From assembly GCA_002428055.1 (NCBI GenBank), contig DIZY01000100.1, positions 1,163-39,458 of the forward strand: DNA of 38,296 bases, in the 5' to 3' direction. The notes beneath the pieces are model-generated. The model was not told where the DNA came from, searched no databases, and saw only the letters and a program-made list of their open reading frames with translations. The position numbers were made by a program, and so were the translations under genes. Position 1 is the stretch's first letter, and every line of letters starts with the position of its first letter. The stretch is from Helicobacteraceae bacterium UBA6016. GTDB taxonomy: Bacteria > Campylobacterota > Campylobacteria > Campylobacterales > UBA6016. Of the stretch, positions 24,659 to 31,298 are shown piece by piece.

Positions 24659-25358
24659 ACAACCGCTCACGATAAACTATCAAAATTGGATTGAGTATGA
24701 TTATAATCCTTTTTTTGTATTTGGTAAAAATGGCGAACTGCTTACTCTTAATCAACCGGCGCAGTTTCTGATTAGCAAGGTAGACCCAAAAACGCTTTAT
24801 GAGCTTGCCGTTGCCTATGCGAGCCATGACTTTGGATACAAAACTACGATTTTGGATCTGAAATTTGATGTTTTTGGATTTTTTGCCGTTACGGTTGGGT
24901 ATGAATCCGAGGATGAGATAGGTATCAAGCTCTATCAAACACCGTATCTAGGTCCAAAGAAAGTAATATCTATCAAAGAGTGCGAATTTACAAATATATA
25001 TCATATTTTGGATCTTTGCATTATGAGCGTCGGTTCAAAAACAAAAGCGGAGTTTAAAAAGGACATAGACCCCGCTTTGCCTGATTTTAAGCTCTCTCAA
25101 AACGAGTTTGTAAAGGTGCTTACGAGAACATTGGAGAGCTTTGAAGGCTCAAGCGAAATAAAGACAGAACTCAAACTAAAAACGGGAGAGTTTTTGCAGG
25201 TTGCCGGAAAAAGGTTTCAGATAGTAAAGCTCAAGATTACCGGGGATACTAGAGTGACGACAAAAGATGCCCTCATAGAAGAGATAAGTTCAAATATTAA
25301 TGTATTTACTAATTTTGATGAAAAAGAGGCGGTTCTTAATATACCGCTGATACTGTAA
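24651..25358 (+). CDS. PAS-like plus degenerate GHKL (histidine-kinase-like ATPase) protein lacking an H-box; function unknown
   Basis: 235 aa. It overlaps the preceding gene by 8 nt (ATGAATAA). The N-terminal half looks PAS-like (YNPFFVFGKNGELLTLNQPAQFLISKV). The C-terminal half has the spacing of an HK catalytic domain (CEFTNIYHILD..., DFKLSQNEFVKVLTRTLESF, IVKLKITGDTR). It has no N-box Asn, no G1/G2 glycine boxes and no phospho-acceptor His motif. Confidence 0.5.
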   Translation: MNKQPLTINYQNWIEYDYNPFFVFGKNGELLTLNQPAQFLISKVDPKTLYELAVAYASHDFGYKTTILDLKFDVFGFFAVTVGYESEDEIGIKLYQTPYLGPKKVISIKECEFTNIYHILDLCIMSVGSKTKAEFKKDIDPALPDFKLSQNEFVKVLTRTLESFEGSSEIKTELKLKTGEFLQVAGKRFQIVKLKITGDTRVTTKDALIEEISSNINVFTNFDEKEAVLNIPLIL

Positions 25359-25369
25359 AAGGATACGAA

Positions 25370-27190
25370 GTGTGCGGAATAGTCGGATATATAGGCAATA
25401 AAGAAGCAAAAAAAATACTGCTTGACGGACTTTGCGAGCTTGAGTACAGGGGTTACGATTCTGCCGGAATAGCTATTTTGCAAGGTGGCGAAGTATCTTT
25501 GTTTAAAGCTGTTGGCAAGCTATCCAATCTTACGGCGGTGAGCGAAAAATTTAGCTCAAGCGGTTTTGCGATGGGTATCGGGCATACAAGATGGGCGACG
25601 CACGGCAAACCAACAGAGGCAAACGCCCATCCGCATGTAGGTGAAAGTACATTTGTGGTTCATAACGGGATAGTTGAAAATTATGCCGCGCTCAAAGAGG
25701 AGCTGATAAAGGACGGAGTTAACTTTGTTAGCCAGACCGATACGGAAGTTATTGGGTATCTGTTTGAAAAAAATCTCAAAAGCGTTACGGATACGCTTAG
25801 CGCGCTGAAAAAAACGCAAGAGGAGCTTGAGGGCGCTTATGCGGTGCTTATTATCACAAAGAGTGAGCCGGAAAAAATATTCTTTATGAAAAAAGGCTCT
25901 CCGCCGCTACTTATAGGAACATCCAAAAACAATGACGAAGCGTATTTTGCATCAAGCGAGTCGGTGCTTATCGGGCAGGCGGACGGCGCTGTATTTCTAA
26001 AAGAGAACGAATACGGATATGTCAAAAAAGATGAAATAAAGATATTTGATAAAAATGGAGCAGTGAGCCCGGTTATAAAAAAGGTAGAGGGTACAAGGGC
26101 GGGAGCTCAAAAAGAGGGCTTTAGATATTTTATGGAAAAAGAGATTTATGAGCAGTCTGCCGTGCTTGTAGATACGATGATGGGGAGAGTCTCAAAAGAC
26201 AAAATCGTATTTGAAGAGCTGGCTGCTTTGGGTGATTTGGCTAGATTTAGAGAGATAAAGATATGCGCTTGCGGTACCAGCTATCACACGGCTATTGCTG
26301 CATCTTATCTATTTGAGAGAAACTCGCACATAAGATCTTCCGCCGAGATAGCTAGTGAGTTTAGGTATAAAGAGCCGTATCTTTCACAGGATATGCTTTT
26401 TGTGGTCATATCACAAAGCGGAGAGACGGCCGATACGCTAGAGGCGCTAAAAATAGCAAAGGCTGCAGGCCTGACTACTCTTGCCGTGTGTAATGTAGAT
26501 AACTCAACCATAGTAAGAGAGTCTGACGCTTCGATACTTACGAGAGCGGGCATTGAAAAAGGGGTGGCGAGCACCAAGGCGTTTGCTAGCCAGATGCTTA
26601 TTTTTTGGATGATGTCTGTTGTTTTTGGGGTAAATAATAAAGCTATGTGTCAAGATAAGGCTCAAAAAGAGATAGATACGATACTAAGAGCAAAAGATGC
26701 GGTGAGAGTAGAGCCCGCAATGCATGAGAGACTAAAAAGGCTTTCAAAAAGATATTTGCACGGACACGGCTTTTTCTTTATCGGCAGAGATGTATTTTAT
26801 CCTTTGGCTTTAGAGGGAGCTTTAAAATTAAAAGAGATAACATATTTGCACGCAGAGGGGTATCCTGCCGGAGAGATGAAGCATGGACCTATTGCGCTTG
26901 CCGACAGTGAGCTTTTCACAGTTGCTCTTTTGCCTAAAACGCTCCTATATGACAAGACAAAAAGCAACATAGAGGAGCTTTCCGCTAGAGATTCTACGAT
27001 AGTCGCCATTTCGCCTTGCGAATTTGAGATTGCGGACGACTTTGTAAAGACAAAAGAGTGGGAACACTATATGCTTGAATTTTTTGAGATGATGGTTGTA
27101 GTGCAACTTTTGTCCCTTGAGGTGGCAGTTAGACTTGGAAATGATGTAGATATGCCTAGAAATTTGGCAAAAAGCGTAACTGTTGAGTAA
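25370..27190 (+). CDS. glmS: Glutamine--fructose-6-phosphate aminotransferase (isomerizing)
   Basis: 606 aa with a GTG start preceded by AAGGA. The N-terminal nucleophile is in MCGIVGYIG. The protein continues with GIGHTRWATHG, two SIS domains (ISQSGETADT) and the C-terminal LAKSVTVE. Confidence 0.97.
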   Translation: MCGIVGYIGNKEAKKILLDGLCELEYRGYDSAGIAILQGGEVSLFKAVGKLSNLTAVSEKFSSSGFAMGIGHTRWATHGKPTEANAHPHVGESTFVVHNGIVENYAALKEELIKDGVNFVSQTDTEVIGYLFEKNLKSVTDTLSALKKTQEELEGAYAVLIITKSEPEKIFFMKKGSPPLLIGTSKNNDEAYFASSESVLIGQADGAVFLKENEYGYVKKDEIKIFDKNGAVSPVIKKVEGTRAGAQKEGFRYFMEKEIYEQSAVLVDTMMGRVSKDKIVFEELAALGDLARFREIKICACGTSYHTAIAASYLFERNSHIRSSAEIASEFRYKEPYLSQDMLFVVISQSGETADTLEALKIAKAAGLTTLAVCNVDNSTIVRESDASILTRAGIEKGVASTKAFASQMLIFWMMSVVFGVNNKAMCQDKAQKEIDTILRAKDAVRVEPAMHERLKRLSKRYLHGHGFFFIGRDVFYPLALEGALKLKEITYLHAEGYPAGEMKHGPIALADSELFTVALLPKTLLYDKTKSNIEELSARDSTIVAISPCEFEIADDFVKTKEWEHYMLEFFEMMVVVQLLSLEVAVRLGNDVDMPRNLAKSVTVE

Positions 27191-27199
27191 AATATCATA

Positions 27200-27205
27200 T
27201 ATAAT
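27200..27205 (+). promoter_or_regulatory. Candidate -10 hexamer for the diguanylate cyclase gene
   Basis: TATAAT, within catatataat, lies 28 nt upstream of the ATG at 27234. Confidence 0.35.
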
Positions 27206-27233
27206 TTGTATTAATTTTTAAAAGGTCGAAAAG

Positions 27234-29090
27234 ATGAGCATAAAAAGAAAGATACTTTTGCGAATAAGTCTGGCTATGACGGTAGCCACGGCTCTTATTA
27301 TAGCTATCGTAGCTTTTCACATCAGATATAGCACGATAGAGTCTGCCAAGCAAAAGGCTACGCTTGTCTCGCAGATAACCAGAGATGCCCTGACGGCCCA
27401 CATGGTGAACGGTATTATGGACAAAAGAGATCTGTTTTTGTCAAATATAGCGCATTTAAAAGGTGTGCAAAAGCTTCGTATCGTAAGGGGTGAGGCTGTT
27501 ATTAAACAGTTCGGTAAAACAAGGGAAAATGAGGGCGCGCTTGATCAGATAGATGTAGATGTGCTAAAAAAAGGCAAGCCGATAGAGGTAATGAACGAAA
27601 ATTTCTTGGAAGCTAGGCTCAGAACCACCATACCATATATAGCCAATGCCGACATAGGCTCTCCAAACTGCATAGAGTGTCATCAAGCGCAAAACGGAGA
27701 GGTGCTTGGCGCCGTTACCATGGAGTTTGATCTCGGTGATATTAAGACGACGGGGATAGAGATAGTTTTAAAAATTATTTTTGTATCGGTCGTTTCGCTC
27801 GGTGTCGTCATCATAATGCTAAATAGATTTTTAAATCCGTATTTGGATTTGTTCACGCAACTAACCGATAAGATAGAGGCGGCAGATAACGGCGATTATA
27901 GTCAAAGAATAGAAACAAAACTAAAAGATGAGGCTGGAGATGCCGCAAAATGGTTTAACGAGTTTATGCAAAAGCTTGAAGATACCTTTAGTCGCATAGA
28001 GCAGAGCATTGGAATGTTTGTTATCAGGGATAGAAACTCAAAACAGCTAGATCCGCTTGTGGAAACCAGAGATGTAGTGGAAGAGCTCTCCGAGATATAC
28101 AAATTTAAGCGAACAATTGAAAATGATGCTCATAAGATGGATGTGTATGATCGTATTGTGACGCTATTTGGCAAACGGTTTAATATTCACAATTTCACAA
28201 TTTATGAAGTAGATACCGAAAAAAATCTACGAAGAGCGTTAATTCAGCAGGGTGAGCATAGCTGTTGCTCTCTTGCTTCGCTAGATAATGCACAGCTTTG
28301 TCGTTCAAACAGAATAGGCAAAGATGTGCTATCCGATGATTTTGAGGGAGTGTGCCAGCAGGCTACCGGATGTGGCGTAAATCCTTATATATGTCTGCCG
28401 ATAGCCATAGGCGGCAAAGTTAGTTTGGTGATTAATATAGTAGTCACAAATGAAGAAGAGAACGATAGGATTAAGTTGTTACTTCCTAGACTTCACAATT
28501 TCCTTAGCGAGGCGACATCTGTCATAGAGTCTAAAAAACTTATGGAAATACTAAGAGAGTCATCCCTTAGAGATGCTATGACTGGGCTATATAATAGAAG
28601 ATTCCTTGAAGAGTATCTAACAAAAGCGATGCCTCAAGCTCTCAGAAACAATAAAAAAGTCGGAATTTTGATGATAGATATGGATCACTTCAAAATGGTA
28701 AACGATACATACGGGCACGACATAGGAGATAGTATTCTGAAAAAACTCTCAAGAACTATCACTGAAAATATTAGAGAGGCAGACCTTGCGGTTAGATACG
28801 GTGGCGAAGAGTTTTTGGTGTTGCTGCATGATGTTGTGGATGAAAACGACATGATGTCGGTTGCGGAAAAACTAAGACTAAAAGTTATGGAGATGAAGGT
28901 AAAAGCCGGTAATGAAGTGCTGCAAAAAACAGTAAGTATCGGTGCGGCTCTTTTCCCTGATTACACAGATAGTGTCTGGAAATGTATCAAATTTGCCGAC
29001 ATCGCTCTTTATAAAGCCAAAGAGAGCGGAAGAAATAAAGTTATCGGCTTTACGGAGGATATGTGGAGTGATGACGGTAGTGGGTACTAA
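27234..29090 (+). CDS. Diguanylate cyclase with periplasmic c-type-heme sensor domain (Tll0287/DUF3365-like), HAMP-like linker, Cys-rich GAF-like domain and GGDEF domain
   Basis: 618 aa. A TM helix is followed by a periplasmic segment of about 145 aa that ends in CIECH (CxxCH, nt 27669-27683) and then a second TM helix. The linker leads to a GAF-like region holding six Cys residues (aa 344-387). The GGDEF domain has the active site RYGGEEF and an RxxD I-site (READ) five residues upstream. Confidence 0.85.
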   Translation: MSIKRKILLRISLAMTVATALIIAIVAFHIRYSTIESAKQKATLVSQITRDALTAHMVNGIMDKRDLFLSNIAHLKGVQKLRIVRGEAVIKQFGKTRENEGALDQIDVDVLKKGKPIEVMNENFLEARLRTTIPYIANADIGSPNCIECHQAQNGEVLGAVTMEFDLGDIKTTGIEIVLKIIFVSVVSLGVVIIMLNRFLNPYLDLFTQLTDKIEAADNGDYSQRIETKLKDEAGDAAKWFNEFMQKLEDTFSRIEQSIGMFVIRDRNSKQLDPLVETRDVVEELSEIYKFKRTIENDAHKMDVYDRIVTLFGKRFNIHNFTIYEVDTEKNLRRALIQQGEHSCCSLASLDNAQLCRSNRIGKDVLSDDFEGVCQQATGCGVNPYICLPIAIGGKVSLVINIVVTNEEENDRIKLLLPRLHNFLSEATSVIESKKLMEILRESSLRDAMTGLYNRRFLEEYLTKAMPQALRNNKKVGILMIDMDHFKMVNDTYGHDIGDSILKKLSRTITENIREADLAVRYGGEEFLVLLHDVVDENDMMSVAEKLRLKVMEMKVKAGNEVLQKTVSIGAALFPDYTDSVWKCIKFADIALYKAKESGRNKVIGFTEDMWSDDGSGY

Positions 29091-29101
29091 AATACTAAAA
29101 T

Positions 29102-29140
29102 AAAAAAAGGAGGGGTTAATTTTTGCCCCCCCTTTTTTTT
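29102..29140. terminator. Bidirectional intrinsic terminator between the convergent cyclase and apbC genes
   Basis: The sequence AAAAAAAGGAGGGG-TTAATTTTTG-CCCCCCCTTTTTTTT forms a G/C stem with one A-C mismatch. It is flanked by an A7 run on one side and a T8 run on the other. Confidence 0.7.
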
Positions 29141-29152
29141 AACTATCTGCTG

Positions 29153-30310
29153 TTAGTGGCAGCCGCACCCACCCTCTTTTGCTTTGTTTTCTCCGTCGCC
29201 TGAGCTACAAGCGCTTGATTTACCGTCTAGTCCTATTGTCGGCTGTATAGCTTCGTTTGAAGCGCCACCCTCTTTATTTATCTCTTCTATTTTTGCCCAC
29301 AACGCTGCGGCTGCTTTCATAAATCTTTTCGCACTCTCGGATGTTGGAGCATAGTAAGTGATAGGTTTGCCCTCGTCTCCGCCTATTCTCGTATCCACCT
29401 CGATAGGTATCTGCGCAATTACCTCTGTTTTATACTCTTTGGCAAGCTCTGCTGCCGTGCCTTTGCCAAATATATCGTACTCTTTGCCGCTCTCAGGGCA
29501 GATAAAGCCACTCATATTTTCTACTATGCCGCCCATTGGGATATTGAGCTTTTCAAACATATCAAGACTTCTTTTTGCATCGTCAATAGCTACGGTTTGA
29601 GGAGTGGTAACGACTACGCCGCATGTTACCGGTACGCTTTGCGCTAAAGTTAGCTGTGCATCGCCGGTGCCTGGAGGCATATCTATAACTAGCGCATCTA
29701 GTTCACCCCAATCGATGTCCGTTAAGAGCTGCTGAATTACTTTCATAATCATCGCTCCTCTCCAGATAAGAGACTGCCCCTCTTCCATCATCATACCCAT
29801 ACTCATAACTTCGCATCCTAGTGCGTGTACGGGTTTTACTCTATTTGCTACGACTTCCGGCTGAGAGCCTACTATGCCGAACATTCGAGGTATATTTGGA
29901 CCGTATATGTCTGCATCAAGCACACCTATCTTTTTACCCTGCATTGCAAGAGCTATTGCCAAGTTAGTTGTGGTTGTGGATTTGCCGACTCCGCCCTTGC
30001 CTGAGCTTACCATGATGAAGTTCTTGATATATGGGGCCATATTTTTGCCCTTAGAAGATGTCTCTTTGGGCGTCTGCGGTTGATTGATTTTTAACTCAAA
30101 GTCGCTAATGCCTACAAGCGCCAGTTTGTTTTTGATCTCATCTTTGAGTATCGAAGCTATCTCTTCACTACTTGCAGTTATTTCAAGTTCTATGCAAGGT
30201 TTGTCGCCAAGCTCTATTTTTTTTACAAAACCGAAACTTACGATGTCTTTTGTAAAGCCGGGATATGCTACCTGCGAAAGAGCAGAGCGAATATCGTCTA
30301 CAGTTGCCAT
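29153..30310 (-). CDS. apbC: Mrp/ApbC/NBP35-family Fe-S cluster carrier ATPase with N-terminal DUF59 (MIP18-like) domain
   Basis: I prefer the ATG at 30310 (MATVDDIRSAL) because AAAGGAA lies upstream. The deviant Walker A is VSSGKGGVGKSTTTTNLA, followed by VIDMPPGTGD. The normally conserved CxxC reads CPES here. The C-terminal tail is CSSGDGENKAKEGGCGCH. Confidence 0.9.
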   Translation of the reverse strand: MATVDDIRSALSQVAYPGFTKDIVSFGFVKKIELGDKPCIELEITASSEEIASILKDEIKNKLALVGISDFELKINQPQTPKETSSKGKNMAPYIKNFIMVSSGKGGVGKSTTTTNLAIALAMQGKKIGVLDADIYGPNIPRMFGIVGSQPEVVANRVKPVHALGCEVMSMGMMMEEGQSLIWRGAMIMKVIQQLLTDIDWGELDALVIDMPPGTGDAQLTLAQSVPVTCGVVVTTPQTVAIDDAKRSLDMFEKLNIPMGGIVENMSGFICPESGKEYDIFGKGTAAELAKEYKTEVIAQIPIEVDTRIGGDEGKPITYYAPTSESAKRFMKAAAALWAKIEEINKEGGASNEAIQPTIGLDGKSSACSSGDGENKAKEGGCGCH

Positions 30311-30340
30311 AAAAATTCCTTTCAAAATTAATTTTGAGGG

Positions 30341-30346
30341 ATTATA
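30341..30346 (-). promoter_or_regulatory. Candidate -10 hexamer for apbC
   Basis: The minus strand reads CTGTATAATCCC. The TATAAT lies 31 nt upstream of the ATG at 30310. Confidence 0.4.
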
Positions 30347-30412
30347 CAGCCGGAAACTTTAACTAGGATTATTTTTGTCTTAAATTGTGAGAGTTGATTT
30401 TGGAGTGTGCAG

Positions 30413-30440
30413 AAAAAAGAGGTCGCCCGATTGGACGACC
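30413..30440 (-). terminator. Intrinsic terminator of rpsO
   Basis: The minus strand reads GGTCGTCC-AATC-GGGCGACC, an 8-bp stem with one G-U pair and a 4-nt loop. TCTTTTTT follows, starting 6 nt after the rpsO stop. Confidence 0.75.
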
Positions 30441-30446
30441 ATTTGA

Positions 30447-30722
30447 TTATACTCTGTCTCTGATGCCCAGAGTAGAGATAACTTCAGAATATTTTTTTGA
30501 ATCTTTTCTTTTTAGGTATCTCATAAGTCTTCTTCTTTGACCGACTAGTTTTAGAAGTCCAAGTCTTGAAGAGTGGTCTTTCGCATTTACCTTAAGGTGT
30601 TCTGTAAGATATACGATTCTCTCTGTTAAAAGAGCTATTTGTACTGCCGGTGAACCGGTGTCTTTTTCGGAATTGCTAAATTTAGCGATTACTTCGCTTT
30701 TTTTTGCCGAATCCAAAGCCAT
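30447..30722 (-). CDS. rpsO: 30S ribosomal protein S15
   Basis: 91 aa. [54 protein letters not shown] is canonical S15. An AGGAGG RBS precedes the start. Confidence 0.95.
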   Translation of the reverse strand: MALDSAKKSEVIAKFSNSEKDTGSPAVQIALLTERIVYLTEHLKVNAKDHSSRLGLLKLVGQRRRLMRYLKRKDSKKYSEVISTLGIRDRV

Positions 30723-30762
30723 ATTTCGACCTCCTGATTGGTTTAAATTTTTTTGGAACGGG

Positions 30763-30771
30763 ATTATACCA
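30763..30771 (-). promoter_or_regulatory. Extended -10 promoter element for rpsO
   Basis: The minus strand reads TGGTATAAT, an exact TGnTATAAT, 40 nt upstream of the ATG at 30722. Confidence 0.5.
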
Positions 30772-30830
30772 ATTTGATGCTTAGGCAGTATAAATAATAC
30801 AAAAATTGTTTTGTTTAAACGGAGTATAAA

Positions 30831-30836
30831 TATAAT
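30831..30836 (+). promoter_or_regulatory. Candidate -10 hexamer for rrf2-flhA
   Basis: TATAAT lies 42 nt upstream of the ATG at 30879 in an AT-rich divergent region. Confidence 0.35.
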
Positions 30837-30878
30837 AAAAGGTTAAACTAAAAAAATATTGTATTTGGAAAAACAAAA

Positions 30879-31283
30879 ATGTTGCTAACTAAAGCAAGCG
30901 AATATGCACTCTTATCGATACTTTGCATAAGTGATAGAAAAGAGCCTATAGATGTCGAAAATTTATCGGTTAGACTTGTAATTTCTAGAAGCTTTCTGGC
31001 AAAAATACTCCAAAAGCTCACAAAAGCGGGCATATTGAAATCCTTTAAAGGGGTGAAGGGTGGTTTTATGCTTGCAAAAGGGATTGGCGAGATAACCATG
31101 CTTGACATTATTAAAGCGGTAGAGGATAATCCGGCTACGGTATTTGAGTGTACTAGTGATAGCGGTATTTGCCCAGGTAACAGAGTTGCCGCATGCAGTA
31201 TTTGGCCGACACTAAATAAGCTACAGGTAAAAATAGATGACTTTTTATCCAAAATTACACTTCAAGATATTCTTGTTAAATGA
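30879..31283 (+). CDS. Rrf2-family transcriptional regulator (IscR/NsrR-like, three-Cys cluster motif)
   Basis: 134 aa. The N-terminus MLLTKASEYALLSILCIS and the wHTH LVISRSFLAKILQKLTKAGILKSFKGVKGGFMLA match the family. Three clustered Cys residues occur in FECTSDSGICPGNRVAAC. Confidence 0.9.
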   Translation: MLLTKASEYALLSILCISDRKEPIDVENLSVRLVISRSFLAKILQKLTKAGILKSFKGVKGGFMLAKGIGEITMLDIIKAVEDNPATVFECTSDSGICPGNRVAACSIWPTLNKLQVKIDDFLSKITLQDILVK

Positions 31284-31298
31284 TACTAAGGCATAAAG

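Noticed and set aside
29126-29132. A C7 homopolymer that could be a phase-variable tract
   Set aside because: It is intergenic. It forms the 3' arm of the bidirectional terminator stem between convergent genes and is not in or upstream of a coding start.
30848-31252. A 134-aa minus-strand ORF that mirrors the rrf2 gene almost exactly
   Set aside because: The plus-strand frame has unambiguous Rrf2 wHTH and Cys motifs. The minus-strand product has no recognisable features.
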